Below the pieces are notes generated by a model, which was not told where the DNA came from, did no database searches, and saw only the letters and a list, made by a program, of their open reading frames with translations. Positions 41,858 to 55,363 of a stretch of 64,000 nt of DNA are shown here, piece by piece. Position numbers and translations under genes: made by a program. This DNA comes from Polyangia bacterium (GTDB lineage Bacteria; Myxococcota_A; Polyangia; Palsa-1104). The stretch's first letter is position 1. Each line of letters begins with the position of its first letter. Location: NCBI GenBank assembly GCA_039923495.1, contig JBDTCO010000064.1, positions 2 through 64,001 of the forward strand. The letters are read 5' to 3'.

Positions 41858-44349
41858 AGAACACCGACTCGCTCCGTCCTCCCGCGCCGTGGATCGTTCG
41901 CTACGCGCGCTTTCTGCACGCGCGCACCACCGCGGTGATCCTGATCTGCCTCGCGCTGACCGGTATCGCGGTCGGGCTCTCGTCGCGGCTGACCATCTCC
42001 ACCGAGTGGTATGCCGTGCTGCCGCGTGGCTATCCGTCCGTCGAGGACCTCCACAAGCTCATGGCCCGCATCGGTTCGACGGCCTCGCTCACCGTCGGCG
42101 TCGAGTCCCCGGATCGTGAAGCGAACCAGAAGTTCGCCGATGCCTTCGTCGTCGCGCTGCAGAAGGAGATGGGCCCGCAGATCGCGAACGTCGACTACAA
42201 GGTCGATGCGCTCACGCGCTTTTATCGCAAGCACGCCGCGGTGTACCTGCCCGAGAAGGACCTCCTCGCCATCGACGAGGACCTGAAGGCCGGCATCACC
42301 GAGAAGAAGCTCGCGGCCTCACCCGTCCCGTACGACCTCGACCTCGATGACGAGCCGCCCGCGGCCGCGAAGAAGGGCGGGCTCGGCGACATCACCAGGC
42401 GGCTCGACGAGGCGCAGGGCGACCTGAAGCGCTTCGTGAACGGCTACTACGCGTCTCCGGACGGCAAGCTCATCGCAATCTTCATCCGGCCGCGTGCATC
42501 GGGTGCCGATGCGAAGGTCGCGCGCGCCTTCGTCGAGCACGTGCGGCAGGTCGGCGAGAGCCTCCATCCGGCGTCGTTCAACCCCGCGATGAAGTTCTCG
42601 TTCACCGGTGCCTACTACGTCGGGCTCGACGAGCAGGACGCCGTGAAGCGTGATCTCGTGTCGACGGCTGGCCTGTGCATCGGGCTCATCGGCGTTGCGG
42701 TCACCATCTACTTCCGGCGCATCCGCGTCATCGCGCTCCTCGGCGCCACGCTCGTCTGCGGCTGCGCGTGGGCATTCGGGCTCGCCGCCGTCGCGGTCGG
42801 CTACCTCAACATCCAGACGGCGTTCCTTGGATCGATCATCATGGGGACCGGCATCAACTACGGCGTCATCCTCCTCGCGCGCTACCTCGAGGAGCGACGC
42901 CGCGGTGCCGAGCCGGAGGACTCGCTCGCCCGCGCGCTCGGTGGCACGTGGCTCGCCACGCTCACGGCCGCGGGTACGACGGCGGTCTCGTTCGGCACGC
43001 TCCTCATCGCGCAGATCTCGTCGTTCCGTCACTTCGCGATCATCGGTGGCGGCGGCATCCTGTTCTGCTGGCTGCTATCGTTCACGCTGCTGCCCGCGCT
43101 GCTCGTCATGTCGGAGCGCCTCTCGCCGACCGTGCGCCACACCGGTGGCGGCGCGCACTGGCCGAGCTTCCTCGTGGAGCTACCGCTCAAGTTTCCGCGG
43201 ACGGTGCTCGTGATCGCACTCGCGTTCTCGGCGGTCTCGGTCGTGGTGTTCGTGCGCTTCCTGCCGGACGCGCTCGAGACCGACAGCCGCAACCTGCGCA
43301 ACAAGGAGCACGGCGAGACGAGCACTGCGCGTCTCGACAAACGTGTAGCCGATATTCGTAAGCAATCGATGACGCCGGCGTTCGTCGTCACCGACAGCCT
43401 CGAGGAGGCCAAGGAGGTCTGCGCGAAGATGGACGACTGGGTCGCGCGCGAAGGCGAGGCCAAGGCGCCCATCAAGACCTGCAGATCCATCTATTCGATG
43501 CTGCCGAAGGACGCCGCGAAGAAGCTCGTCATCGCGCACCGGATCGCCGATCGCATCGACGCGCTACCGGTCGATGCGCTCTCACCCGAGGACAGGAAGA
43601 CTGTCGATGAGCTGCGCTCCGAGATCGTCTTCGAGGACGTGCAGCTCAAGGATCTGCCCGAGGAGCTCGTGCGGCCGTTCCGCGAGGTCTCGGGCGAGGT
43701 GGGCCGCCTCGTCGCCATCTACCCACCCAACGGTCGCGATCTCGCCGTGCAGGAGTACCTCTTCGCCTTCACCGACGCGATCCGTCGGATCGACCTCGGT
43801 CACGGTCGGGTCGTCACTTCGTCGGGGGACGCGGTCATCTTCTCCGACATCCTTCGCATGATCACGCACGATGCACCGCGCACCACCGCGCTCGCGTTCG
43901 TGTGCGTGATCCTCTTCGTGTTCCTCGCGCTACGAGGGGGCCGTTCGACCGCACACGTGACCGGCGCGCTCGTCATCGGCGTGCTGTGGATGGTCGGCAT
44001 CGCCTCGATGGACAAGGTGAAGATCAACTTCTTCAACTTCGTCGCGCTGCCCACCACCTTTGGCATCGCGGTCGACTACACCATCAACCTCTACACCCGC
44101 TTCCACGACGCGAAGGTGAGCGACGACGCAGAGGGCAGGCTCTCGCGTCTGCGCATCGCGCTCCGCGAGACCGGCGGCGCCATCTTCCTGTGCTCGGTCA
44201 CCACCATCATCGGCTATGGGACGCTCATCATCGCCGACAACCGCGCGCTCGTGTCCTTCGGCAAGCTCGCGATCCTCGGCGAGGTCACCTGCGTGATCGC
44301 GGCGCTCATCCTTTTGCCCGCGACGCTGCTCCTCGACAAGAAATCCTAG
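41854..44349 (+). CDS. MMPL/RND-superfamily membrane exporter (second copy)
   Basis: ATGA overlap with the upstream gene. 831 aa. Two TM bundles plus two periplasmic domains. Confidence 0.85.
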   Translation: MKNTDSLRPPAPWIVRYARFLHARTTAVILICLALTGIAVGLSSRLTISTEWYAVLPRGYPSVEDLHKLMARIGSTASLTVGVESPDREANQKFADAFVVALQKEMGPQIANVDYKVDALTRFYRKHAAVYLPEKDLLAIDEDLKAGITEKKLAASPVPYDLDLDDEPPAAAKKGGLGDITRRLDEAQGDLKRFVNGYYASPDGKLIAIFIRPRASGADAKVARAFVEHVRQVGESLHPASFNPAMKFSFTGAYYVGLDEQDAVKRDLVSTAGLCIGLIGVAVTIYFRRIRVIALLGATLVCGCAWAFGLAAVAVGYLNIQTAFLGSIIMGTGINYGVILLARYLEERRRGAEPEDSLARALGGTWLATLTAAGTTAVSFGTLLIAQISSFRHFAIIGGGGILFCWLLSFTLLPALLVMSERLSPTVRHTGGGAHWPSFLVELPLKFPRTVLVIALAFSAVSVVVFVRFLPDALETDSRNLRNKEHGETSTARLDKRVADIRKQSMTPAFVVTDSLEEAKEVCAKMDDWVAREGEAKAPIKTCRSIYSMLPKDAAKKLVIAHRIADRIDALPVDALSPEDRKTVDELRSEIVFEDVQLKDLPEELVRPFREVSGEVGRLVAIYPPNGRDLAVQEYLFAFTDAIRRIDLGHGRVVTSSGDAVIFSDILRMITHDAPRTTALAFVCVILFVFLALRGGRSTAHVTGALVIGVLWMVGIASMDKVKINFFNFVALPTTFGIAVDYTINLYTRFHDAKVSDDAEGRLSRLRIALRETGGAIFLCSVTTIIGYGTLIIADNRALVSFGKLAILGEVTCVIAALILLPATLLLDKKS

Positions 44350-44479
44350 CGGCGACGGCGGCGCAGGTCGTCGAGCGCTGCGTTCACCGCGATGCGCGCG
44401 GATGGCGCGACGAGCGGGATGCCCGCGCCGGGAGGAACGCTGCCGACGCCGCGTAGAGCTCAGATGACGACCGCCGGCT

Positions 44480-46261
44480 TCAAGGGCAGTGCACGGGGCG
44501 CGGCATCGGCACGTCGACGCGACGACGGACGAGGTCGAAGAGGCCGGGCTCGCTCGGGAGCAGGACCCCTCCATGGGCGTGCAGCGCCTCCTCGAGGACC
44601 GCGCGTACCGTGCCGAGCGTGAGCGATGGCGTCGCGGGCCGGACGAGCATCCCGTCGCCACCGCTCGCGAGGAAGTCGACGGTGCCGATGCGATAGTGGG
44701 CTGCGCGGTCGATGGGCTTGCCGTTCGTGAGCGTCAGTGTCGTCTTTTCGTGACCGGCCTCGCACACGCAGACGACGTGTAGCCCCGAGTACGAGAGCGC
44801 GCCGAAGGGGCTCGCGAGGTTGTGCTCGGCGAGCGCGTACAGCTCGGCACCGGTGAGGTCGATGGCGATGACGACGTTGTCGAACGGGAACGTCTCGTAC
44901 AGCGCGCCGTACGTCAGCGGGCCGACGGGGAGCGAGGCGCGGATGCCGCCCGCGTTCATGATGCCGACGTCGGCCTTCGTGGCGCGACGCAGCGCATCCG
45001 CGAAGAAGTTCCCGAGCGGGCTCTCGCTCGAGTACTCGGTGGGAAGACCGACGGGCAGCGTGACGCCGACGGGTCGATCGGCGAGCGCGTGCGCGCGAGC
45101 GAGATCCGCGGCGATCGCCGCGGTCACGGCAGCGTCCGGCGACACGAGCCCGAAGTACGAGGCCTGGTGCGCCGTCGCGTCGTCGGGCGGCGCGCAGCGC
45201 TCGTGATCGTCGTAGCGGGCGCACACCTCGATGGAGCGCTCGATCTCGAAGCGACCCGTCGGCGTTGCGCTCTTTCCGTGGCCGCTCACATGCAACGTGA
45301 CGTGCGAGAGGTAGTGCCCGTTCTGACCGGACTGGATGACCGGGATGCCGTCGATGATCATCGTGTTTGGCTGGTGCGTGTGGCCGGCGACGATCGCCGA
45401 GACGCGGATGCCGCCCTTGCGTGCCTCGGTGGCGAACGCGTGCGCGAGCACCTCGATCTCGGAGTCGCGCGTGCAGTGGTCGAGGGCATCGTGGTCGCGA
45501 TCGGTGAGCGCGCGCTGCGAGCGATCGCACTCCGCGCCGGCGTGCACGGTCACGACGATGACGCGGGCACCATGGGCGCGGGCTTGCCGCGCCGCGGCGA
45601 GGAGCGCGGGTGCCAGCGGGCCCACGACGAGCCCCTCGAGGTTCGCGCGGATCGTCGTCTCGAAGAGGCTCTCGCTGGTGCCGCCGACGATGCCGACCGG
45701 GATGCCGTCGACGTTCCTGATGATGTACGTGGGGAACGGGTGCGTGCCATCGGCGAGCGTGATGTTGGCGCCGAGCAGCGGGAAGGTCGCTTCCTTCATC
45801 CGTGACTTCAGCGCGCCGCGCGGATCTTCGCCCGCGGCCGTGGGCGTGGGCGCGGGACCGGCGGGGCCGTAGTCGAACTCGTGGTTGCCGACCGCCGCGG
45901 CTGCATAGCCGAGCTGGTCGAGGCCGCGCAGCATCGACGCACCCTCGGTCTGGTTGGACGCGAGCGTGCCCTGGAACAGATCGCCGCCGTCGACGAGGAG
46001 CACGCGGCCGGGGTAGTGCGCACGTGCGTTCGCGAGGAAGCCGCCGAGCAGCGCGAGCCCGCCACCGAGGATCGGGTGCGCGGGATCTGCGCTCACGCCG
46101 TGCCGCCACAGGGATGGCTCGAGGTGCCCATGGATGTCGGTGGTGGCGTAGAGCTCGATCGACTTGTCGGCCGCCCGATCAGCAACGCGATCGGCGGCCC
46201 GCGCGGCAGGCAGGCCGAGCACGCAAGCGAGAGCGAACGAAGTCACGGCCGCGCGACGCAT
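44480..46261 (-). CDS. Secreted bifunctional metallophosphatase/5'-nucleotidase (UshA-like)
   Basis: Real protein starts at MRRAAVTSF... (residue 338 of track ORF 44480..47272). DIHGH, GNHEFD and GHTH metallophosphoesterase motifs plus a 5'-NT C-domain. Confidence 0.85.
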   Translation of the reverse strand: MRRAAVTSFALACVLGLPAARAADRVADRAADKSIELYATTDIHGHLEPSLWRHGVSADPAHPILGGGLALLGGFLANARAHYPGRVLLVDGGDLFQGTLASNQTEGASMLRGLDQLGYAAAAVGNHEFDYGPAGPAPTPTAAGEDPRGALKSRMKEATFPLLGANITLADGTHPFPTYIIRNVDGIPVGIVGGTSESLFETTIRANLEGLVVGPLAPALLAAARQARAHGARVIVVTVHAGAECDRSQRALTDRDHDALDHCTRDSEIEVLAHAFATEARKGGIRVSAIVAGHTHQPNTMIIDGIPVIQSGQNGHYLSHVTLHVSGHGKSATPTGRFEIERSIEVCARYDDHERCAPPDDATAHQASYFGLVSPDAAVTAAIAADLARAHALADRPVGVTLPVGLPTEYSSESPLGNFFADALRRATKADVGIMNAGGIRASLPVGPLTYGALYETFPFDNVVIAIDLTGAELYALAEHNLASPFGALSYSGLHVVCVCEAGHEKTTLTLTNGKPIDRAAHYRIGTVDFLASGGDGMLVRPATPSLTLGTVRAVLEEALHAHGGVLLPSEPGLFDLVRRRVDVPMPRPVHCP

Positions 46262-46303
46262 CGGTCGAATAACTAGCACGAAGGATCGTGCTAGCGTCGG
46301 GCC

Positions 46304-47716
46304 GTGAACGCCCGGAAGCAGAGCTCTTCGCGTGCACGCCGCAGCACAGCCGATCCCGTCACGGTGGTCGCCGAGGTGCGGCGCGCCGTCTCGCTCGCGC
46401 TCGGGGAGGGTGGGCTCCGTCCGTCGAACGGTCACGTGCTGCTCGCGCTGTCCGGCGGTCCCGACTCGCGCGTGCTCCTCGACGTGCTCGTCGCGCTGAA
46501 GGAGGAGCACCAGCTCGCGCTCGACGTGTGTGTCGTCGATCATGGCCTCCGCAATGGCTCTGCGCGCGAGGCGCAGGGCGCGCTCGAGGTCGCGCATCAC
46601 CTCGGCGTCGCGGGCACGGTGGAGCGCGTGAACCTCGTCGACAAGTCGCCGCGTGGCGCGCGCGATGCCCGCTACGGGGCGCTCGCTCGCGCGGCCGTCG
46701 CGTGCGGCGCCGAGGCCATCGTGCTCGGCCACACCGCATCGGATCAGGCAGAGACCCTCATCGACCACCTGCTCCGCGGTGCGGGCTCGCGCGGGCTGGG
46801 TGCGATGGCGCCCAGGCGCATGCTCGGCGCGCTGGCCGACGCGGGCGTGGCGACGGAGCACCTCTGCCTCGTGCGTCCGCTGCTCGAGGTCACGCGCGCG
46901 GAGGTCGAGGCATACGTCGAGCACGAGGGTCTCGGGGTGGTCCGCGATCCCACCAACGAGGACCTGCGCTACCGCCGCAGTCGCATCCGCCAGCGCGTGC
47001 TCCCGTTGCTGCGCGCAGAGCGCCCCGATCTCGATCGCGCGCTCGTGCGCCTGTCCGAGCGCCTGCGCCTCGACGCGGAGTACCTCGACGGCGAGGCCGC
47101 GCGAGCGAGGGCCACTTTCACCGTGCCCGGCGGTCTCGTCGACCTCGAGGGCATGAGCGGCCTGCACCTCGCGCTCCAGGCACGCATCCTCCGCGAGATG
47201 TGCGAGGAGGTCGGCGTGCCCGGTGATCGCGTACCGCTCGATGCGCTGCTGCGCCTGTGTCGCGGGCGCCACGGCACCTCGCAGATCGATCTACCGCAGG
47301 GGCAGGTCGCGGAGCGCCGCTACAGCCGGCTGCGAATCGGTGAGCCACACCTCGTGCAGCCTGCACCGGACGAGGTGCCGGTGCGCGCCGCCGGGACGTA
47401 CGAGCTCGGCGCGCTCATCGTGCGCGTGCCGAAGAAGCTGCTGTCGTCCGGCGCCACGCTCGTGTTCCGCAGGCCGCGCGCGGGCGACCGGGTGGACAAG
47501 GGCAAGCTCTCCGATCTGCTGGTGGACAAGAAGGTCGCGCGGCCGGAGCGCGGGCGATTGTGGGCGCTGGCCGAGCAATCGGGCGCCGGGATCCCGGGCA
47601 GGGTCCGCTGGGTGGGCCTCGCGGCCGAGGGACCCGGGGCTGGCGGACTGGCCTGGGAATGGCCATCTTCGGGGCTACGGCCACGTGCCATCCGAGGGCG
47701 TCGCGCAGGGGAGTAG
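46304..47716 (+). CDS. tilS: tRNA(Ile)-lysidine synthetase
   Basis: SGGPDS PP-loop motif. Substrate-binding and C-terminal domains present. Confidence 0.85.
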   Translation: MNARKQSSSRARRSTADPVTVVAEVRRAVSLALGEGGLRPSNGHVLLALSGGPDSRVLLDVLVALKEEHQLALDVCVVDHGLRNGSAREAQGALEVAHHLGVAGTVERVNLVDKSPRGARDARYGALARAAVACGAEAIVLGHTASDQAETLIDHLLRGAGSRGLGAMAPRRMLGALADAGVATEHLCLVRPLLEVTRAEVEAYVEHEGLGVVRDPTNEDLRYRRSRIRQRVLPLLRAERPDLDRALVRLSERLRLDAEYLDGEAARARATFTVPGGLVDLEGMSGLHLALQARILREMCEEVGVPGDRVPLDALLRLCRGRHGTSQIDLPQGQVAERRYSRLRIGEPHLVQPAPDEVPVRAAGTYELGALIVRVPKKLLSSGATLVFRRPRAGDRVDKGKLSDLLVDKKVARPERGRLWALAEQSGAGIPGRVRWVGLAAEGPGAGGLAWEWPSSGLRPRAIRGRRAGE

Positions 47717-47808
47717 CGCGCGTTGACGCGTGTAGAATCCATGCGATAACTTGCAGTTCGCGCAGCCGTGCTCACTTCAGCGGCCGCGCAAGATCGAGAG
47801 AGGTTCCG

Positions 47809-49740
<1,932 letters not shown>

Positions 49741-49792
49741 CGCCGTTCTCCTCGCCCGGTGCGGCGGTCGCCTCATCGGTGGACCGCTGTGC

Positions 49793-50563
49793 ATGGGGAT
49801 CCTCAACCTCACGCCCGACTCGTTCTCCGATGGCGGTCGTGGTCCGGATGCGAGCATCGCGCTCGCTCGCTCGTGGGGCAGCAACGTCGATATCGTCGAC
49901 GTCGGCGGCGAGTCGACGCGACCGCACGCGACGCCGGTCTCGCTCGAAGAGGAGCTCGCGCGGGTACTTCCGGTCGTCCGTGCGCTCGCTCCCCAGCTCA
50001 CGATCAGCATCGACACGTACAAGGCCGAGGTCGCCGCACAGACCATCGCTGCGGGTGCCGAGATCATCAACGACGTCTCGGGTGGCCTCATGGATCCGGC
50101 GCTCCTGGACGTCGTCGCGAGTACTGGCGCGTACGTGATCCTCGGTCACACGCGCGGCACGTCGGCCACGATGAACGACCTCGCCGATTATCGTGACGTG
50201 GTGGCCGAGGTGCGCGACGAGCTCGGCGCGCGCGTCGCGGCCGCGGGTGCGGCGGGGGTCGCTCCAGAACGAATCTTCGTCGATCCGGGCCTCGGCTTCG
50301 CGAAGCGCGCCGAGCACAACCTCACGCTGCTCGCACATCTCCACGAGCTCCGCACGCTGGGCTTTCCAATCGTGGTGGGACTCTCGCGCAAGCGCTTCCT
50401 CGCCGAGGTCGGCGGCATCTGGGCGATGGACGACCGCGAAGAGGCGACGGCTGCTGCGGGTGCGATCGCGGTGTGGAACGGCGCGGACGTGATCCGTGTT
50501 CACGACGTGACGAGACAGGCGCGATCGCTGCGCGTGGCAGGCGCGATCGTACGAAGCGGCTAG
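49793..50563 (+). CDS. folP: Dihydropteroate synthase
   Basis: MGILNLTPDSFSDGG...DVGGESTRP pterin-binding signature. Confidence 0.85.
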   Translation: MGILNLTPDSFSDGGRGPDASIALARSWGSNVDIVDVGGESTRPHATPVSLEEELARVLPVVRALAPQLTISIDTYKAEVAAQTIAAGAEIINDVSGGLMDPALLDVVASTGAYVILGHTRGTSATMNDLADYRDVVAEVRDELGARVAAAGAAGVAPERIFVDPGLGFAKRAEHNLTLLAHLHELRTLGFPIVVGLSRKRFLAEVGGIWAMDDREEATAAAGAIAVWNGADVIRVHDVTRQARSLRVAGAIVRSG

Positions 50564-50772
50564 GATCCGCCACACCGACCCGGCCGTGCCGGTGCACGTG
50601 GTGAGACGGTGTCGTCGATGGCCCAGCAGAGCATTGCGCCGACGGGCTGGATGACGCTCGAGCTGCAGCTGGACGGTTTCGCGGTGGGCTCGAACGTGTG
50701 ATCGGACGCTGGAACGAGCGCCAGGACCGCTTTGTCAGGCCGCGCGGACCTCCTCGGGGCTACCATGAGCCC

Positions 50773-51759
50773 GTGCTGTCGAATGCACTGGACTGGTTGC
50801 ACGCGCTGACGCCACGCGAGGCCGTCGTGACGGTGCTCGACGTGCTCGTCGTGCAGTACATCGTCTATCGCGTGCTGACGCTGCTGCGCGGCACGCGCGC
50901 CGCGCAGATGCTGCTCGGGCTCACCGCTGTCGGTGCGGCGATCTTCGCGGCGAAGCAGCTCGAGCTCACCACGCTGTCGTGGCTGCTCGATCACGTGCTC
51001 AGCTTTTCCATCGTGTTCCTCATTGTCGTGTTCCAGCACGATCTGCGGCGCGCCCTCATGCGAATGGGCCAGGGGCTGTGGTTCACGTCGAGGACCTACG
51101 AGCGCACCGAGGTCTTCGAGGAGGTCATCCGTGCGGCCGAGCGTCTCGCGCTCCTGCGCACCGGCGCGCTCATCGTCATCGAGCGCGACGCAGACCTCAC
51201 CGATCACCTCACCGAGCAGGGCATCGAGGTCCGCGCCAAGGTCTCCGAAGAGCTGCTCGTCGCCATCTTCCTGCCCGACGCAGAGAACAAGCTCCACGAC
51301 GGTGCGGTCATCATCAAGGAGCTACGCATCTCGCAGGCCGCCGCCGTGCTGCCGCTGTCCGCCAACGCGCGCCTCGACAAGGCGCTCGGCACGCGACACC
51401 GCGCAGCCATCGGCGTCACCGAGGAGACCGACGCCGTGTCGGTCGTCGTCTCCGAGGAGCGCGGCACTATCTCGCTGTGCTTCGGCGGCAACGTCGCGCG
51501 CGATCTGGACGCGGCCACGCTGCGCAAGGCGCTGCTCGGGCTCTTCCAGAAGGACAACAAGCTCGCGCGACGTCGTCGCACCGCCACGCAGCCCGTGCGC
51601 AAGACCGGTCAGTACGACACCGCGCGTTCCCGTCCGAGCCAGCGCATGCCGATCGTCCGAGCGCCGCGCATCGACACCGACCCCGACGGTGACGGCTCGA
51701 CCACCAGCACCGCCGACGTCGAGGTGAAGAGCATCGTCCCCGACACGGAGAGCCACTGA
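50773..51759 (+). CDS. cdaA: Diadenylate cyclase CdaA (DisA_N/DAC domain, membrane-anchored)
   Basis: 3 TM helices. DAC motifs (DGAVII, RHRAA, TDAVSVVVSEERG). GTG start inferred by alignment to the CdaA N-terminus. Confidence 0.8.
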   Translation: MLSNALDWLHALTPREAVVTVLDVLVVQYIVYRVLTLLRGTRAAQMLLGLTAVGAAIFAAKQLELTTLSWLLDHVLSFSIVFLIVVFQHDLRRALMRMGQGLWFTSRTYERTEVFEEVIRAAERLALLRTGALIVIERDADLTDHLTEQGIEVRAKVSEELLVAIFLPDAENKLHDGAVIIKELRISQAAAVLPLSANARLDKALGTRHRAAIGVTEETDAVSVVVSEERGTISLCFGGNVARDLDAATLRKALLGLFQKDNKLARRRRTATQPVRKTGQYDTARSRPSQRMPIVRAPRIDTDPDGDGSTTSTADVEVKSIVPDTESH

Positions 51760-52694
51760 TGCGCGCCGCGGTCTGGCGGGCGCTGACCCACGACATCCCG
51801 CTCAAGCTCGCCGCGCTGGTCATCGCCATCGCGCTGTTCGTCGTCGTGCGCAGCGACAAGGACTCGGCGACTGGTGTGTTCGTGCGCGTCATCTACACGC
51901 TGCCGACCGATCGCGTGCTCGTCTCGGACCCGGTGTCGGAGGTGAAGCTCGCGATCCGCGGCCCGTGGACCAAGATCCAGAAGCTCGACGAGCGCGAGCT
52001 CGAGCCCATCCGCATCGATCTGTCGCGCACGAAGGAGTCGGTGCTCCACTTCTCGGAGAGCATGGTCAGCCTGCCCGCCGGTCTGCGCGTCGTGTCGATG
52101 GTGCCGACCCAGACCAAGCTCGACTTCGAGCCGCGCGCCGAGCGAGACGTCCCCGTGCAGCCGCTCCTCGAAGGGCAGCCGCGCGACGGCTTTCGCGTCG
52201 CTTCGATCACGGTGGAGCCGGATCACGTGCGCATCGCCGGCCCGAAGCGGGTCATCGCTCACATCGAGCGGGTGACGACGAGGCCGTTCCGCATCGAGGA
52301 CGCCACCGGCGCCGTGCGCGATAGCATCTCGCTCGAGGCGCCGCCGCGCACCGTGCAGTACCTGAACGCGGGCTCGGTCACGGTCACTGCCGACGTTCGG
52401 CCCGCCATCGTCGAGCGCTCGCTGGACGGCGTGAAGATCGGGGTCGCGGGGCTGACGCACCTCGATGCCGACGTCGACCCGAAGGTGGCGCAGGTCATCC
52501 TGCGCGGTCCGTTCGATCTCGTGCGGCGCGTGTCGCCCACCTCTATTCAGCTCGTGCTCGATGCTCGGCTCGAGGACGGTCGGCCGCCCGCGCTCTACAA
52601 GAAGCGCATCGACGTGACGGGGCTCCCATCGGGTGTCGCCGCCGAGGTCAGGCCGGATACCGCGCTGCTTTCTACGCGGCACCACCGGGAGTAG
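51759..52694 (+). CDS. cdaR: CdaR (YbbR-domain regulator of CdaA)
   Basis: ATGA overlap with cdaA. N-terminal TM helix. Repeated YbbR-like beta domains. Confidence 0.75.
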   Translation: MRAAVWRALTHDIPLKLAALVIAIALFVVVRSDKDSATGVFVRVIYTLPTDRVLVSDPVSEVKLAIRGPWTKIQKLDERELEPIRIDLSRTKESVLHFSESMVSLPAGLRVVSMVPTQTKLDFEPRAERDVPVQPLLEGQPRDGFRVASITVEPDHVRIAGPKRVIAHIERVTTRPFRIEDATGAVRDSISLEAPPRTVQYLNAGSVTVTADVRPAIVERSLDGVKIGVAGLTHLDADVDPKVAQVILRGPFDLVRRVSPTSIQLVLDARLEDGRPPALYKKRIDVTGLPSGVAAEVRPDTALLSTRHHRE

Positions 52695-52695
52695 G

Positions 52696-54075
52696 ATGAC
52701 GGCCACGATGGCCACAGCTGCGAGCTCGCGACGACTCTTCGGTACCGACGGCGTGCGCGGTGTCGCCAACGTCGAACCCATGACCCCGGAGACGGCGATG
52801 CGGCTCGGTCGCGCTGTCGCCTACCACTTTCGCCACAAGTCGCGCCGCGGCCGTATCGTCATCGGCAAGGACACGCGGCTCTCGGGCTACATGTTCGAGC
52901 AGGCCATCGCGGCCGGCATCTGCTCGATGGGCGCGGATGTCATGATCTGCGGCCCGCTGCCGACGCCGGGGATCGCCTTCATCACCTCGTCGATGCGCGC
53001 CGACGCGGGCATCGTCATCTCGGCCTCGCACAATCCGTATCAGGACAACGGGATCAAGATCTTCGCGGCTGACGGCTTCAAGCTGCCCGACGAGGTCGAG
53101 ATGCACCTCGAGGAGCTCATCACCGGCACGGAGCTCGACAAGCACACGCCATCCTCGGCGCACATCGGCCGGGCCACGAAGATCGAGGACTCGCGCGGGC
53201 GCTACACCGTGTTCCTGAAGAGCGTGTTCCCGCGCCACCTCACGCTCGACGGGCTGCGTATCGTCGTCGATACCGCCAACGGCGCCGCATACAAGGTCGC
53301 GCCGTGGGTGTTCCAGGAGCTCGGCGCCGAGGTCATCCAGGTAGGCGACGAGCCGAACGGCACCAACATCAACGAGGACTGCGGCGCGCTGCACCCCGGC
53401 AAGATGTGCGAGATGGTGAAGCGCTACCGCGCCAACCTCGGCATCGCGGTCGACGGGGACGCCGATCGCGTCATCGTCGCGGACGAGAACGGCGAAGAGG
53501 TCGACGGCGACACCATCATGGCGATGGTCGGGCTCCGCATGCTCGAGCGCAAGGAGCTGAAGAAGGACACCATCGTCGCCACGGTCATGTCCAACCTCGG
53601 CCTCGAGCGCGCGGTGGACAAAGCGGGTGGCAAGCTCGTGCGCACGTCGGTCGGCGACCGCTACGTCGTCGAGGAGATGCGCAAGCACGGCTACAACTTC
53701 GGCGGTGAGCAGTCGGGACACCTCGTGTTCCTCGATCACATGACGACCGGCGACGGCGTGCTCGCGGCGTTGCAGGTCCTCGCGGTCATGCTCGAGAGCG
53801 GCAAACCGCTGTCGGAGCTGCGCCAGGTGATGACGCGTTATCCGCAGGTCCTCGTGAACCTGAAGGTCAGGGAGAAGCGCCCGCTCGAGACGCTCACCGA
53901 CGTGAGCAAGCTCGTCTCGCAGGTGGAGGCCAAGCTCGGCAAGGAGGGGCGCGTGCTCGTGCGCTACTCCGGCACCGAACACAAGGCGCGCGTCATGGTC
54001 GAAGGTCCCGACGAGGCCGTCATCCGGGGCTACGCCGAGGAGATCGGTCGCGCCCTCGAGCGGGGATGCGGTTGA
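52696..54075 (+). CDS. glmM: Phosphoglucosamine mutase
   Basis: [11 protein letters not shown]. Active-site SASHNP. GGGAG RBS. Confidence 0.9.
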   Translation: MTATMATAASSRRLFGTDGVRGVANVEPMTPETAMRLGRAVAYHFRHKSRRGRIVIGKDTRLSGYMFEQAIAAGICSMGADVMICGPLPTPGIAFITSSMRADAGIVISASHNPYQDNGIKIFAADGFKLPDEVEMHLEELITGTELDKHTPSSAHIGRATKIEDSRGRYTVFLKSVFPRHLTLDGLRIVVDTANGAAYKVAPWVFQELGAEVIQVGDEPNGTNINEDCGALHPGKMCEMVKRYRANLGIAVDGDADRVIVADENGEEVDGDTIMAMVGLRMLERKELKKDTIVATVMSNLGLERAVDKAGGKLVRTSVGDRYVVEEMRKHGYNFGGEQSGHLVFLDHMTTGDGVLAALQVLAVMLESGKPLSELRQVMTRYPQVLVNLKVREKRPLETLTDVSKLVSQVEAKLGKEGRVLVRYSGTEHKARVMVEGPDEAVIRGYAEEIGRALERGCG

Positions 54076-54617
54076 TGACGAAGGTAGTAGTCGCGCTGAG
54101 CCTCCTGCTCGTCTTCTGTGCGAACGACGGCTGCGCGAACGGCGGGACCACTGTGAGCCACGGCAAGCCGCAGAACATCTGCCCCGACAACCCCACGTAC
54201 TGCGCGGGCAGCTGCTGTGGCGCGCTCTGCGTCGACACCACGAGTGACTCCAAGAACTGCGGCGGCTGCGACATCGTCTGCTCCGTCGGCACGTCGTGTG
54301 TGAGCGGGGCGTGCGGCTGCCCACCCACGGGCTCGACCTGCGGTGCCGGCCAGAGCTGCTGCGGCGACAACGGCTGCAAGAGCCTCAACTCCGACATCAA
54401 CAACTGCGGCGGCTGCGGCATCGTGTGCAACGGGACCTGCACCGCGGGGAGCTGCAGCGGCACCACCGTGGATGCCGGCAGCGCGGTCGACATGGCCTCG
54501 CCCGTCTCCGGCGGCTGCACGTGCACGTCGACCTGCCTTCTGGGTTGCGTCGGCAACAACTGCTGTCTCGAGGGCGTGATCGCGGGTAGCTGCTCGCCCG
54601 ATCCCAACTGCCCGTGA
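54066..54617 (+). CDS. Secreted Cys-rich repeat protein (two NCGGCxIVC modules)
   Basis: Signal/lipobox [11 protein letters not shown]. ~40 Cys in 183 aa. Internal duplication ([16 protein letters not shown] / [17 protein letters not shown]). Confidence 0.55.
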   Translation: MRLMTKVVVALSLLLVFCANDGCANGGTTVSHGKPQNICPDNPTYCAGSCCGALCVDTTSDSKNCGGCDIVCSVGTSCVSGACGCPPTGSTCGAGQSCCGDNGCKSLNSDINNCGGCGIVCNGTCTAGSCSGTTVDAGSAVDMASPVSGGCTCTSTCLLGCVGNNCCLEGVIAGSCSPDPNCP

Positions 54618-54628
54618 AAGTCCGCGCC

Positions 54629-55363
54629 ATGAAGTTGCACATCAATGTCGATCACGTCGCGACGCTGCGTCAGGCACGCGGCACGCGGTACCCCGACCCG
54701 TCCTGGGCCTCGTCGCTGTGCGAGCTCGCGGGCGCGGACGGCATCACGATCCACCTGCGCGAAGATCGACGGCATATCCAGGATCGCGACGTCCTCGTGA
54801 TGCGCGAGACCTGCCGCGGCGTGCTCAACCTCGAGATGGCCGCGACCGACGAGATGGTCGGTATCGCGCTTGCTACGAAGCCGGACGTCGTCACGCTCGT
54901 GCCCGAGAAGCGCGAGGAGCGCACGACCGAGGGTGGGCTCGACGTCACCTCGGCTGCGACGGCGAAGGCCGTGCGCGCGCTCGCGGCCGCGGGCATCCCG
55001 GTGAGCCTCTTCATCGATCCGACGGAGGCCGCGGTGCGCGCGACGCACGCGCTCGGCTGCCCGCGTATCGAGCTGCATACCGGCGACTACTGCGAGGCGT
55101 GGACCCCGCGCGACGAGGCGAACCACGGCGACGCTGCCGGTGAGCTCGCCCGCCTGCGCACCGCGGCGGAGCTCGGACAGTCACTTGGCCTGCACGTCGC
55201 CGCAGGTCACGGCCTCGACTACGGCAACGTCGGACCCATCGCGGCGATCCCGGCCATCGTCGAGCTCAACATCGGTCACGCGATCGTGGCGCGCGCGGTG
55301 CTCGTCGGAATGGAGCGCGCGGTCCGGGAGATGCGAGTCGCGATGCTGGAGGCGCGGGCGTGA
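54629..55363 (+). CDS. pdxJ: Pyridoxine 5'-phosphate synthase
   Basis: [18 protein letters not shown]...[12 protein letters not shown] aligns to the PdxJ N-terminus. Confidence 0.9.
   Translation: MKLHINVDHVATLRQARGTRYPDPSWASSLCELAGADGITIHLREDRRHIQDRDVLVMRETCRGVLNLEMAATDEMVGIALATKPDVVTLVPEKREERTTEGGLDVTSAATAKAVRALAAAGIPVSLFIDPTEAAVRATHALGCPRIELHTGDYCEAWTPRDEANHGDAAGELARLRTAAELGQSLGLHVAAGHGLDYGNVGPIAAIPAIVELNIGHAIVARAVLVGMERAVREMRVAMLEARA

Noticed and set aside
44460-46109. 549-aa Arg-rich - strand ORF
   Set aside because: It is an alternative frame of the 5'-nucleotidase gene, which has clear metallophosphatase motifs in the other frame.
50618-50701. 27-aa ORF (MAQQSIAPTGWMTLELQLDGFAVGSNV) between folP and cdaA
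   Set aside because: Too short, with no RBS or conservation evidence. More likely part of the cdaA leader.
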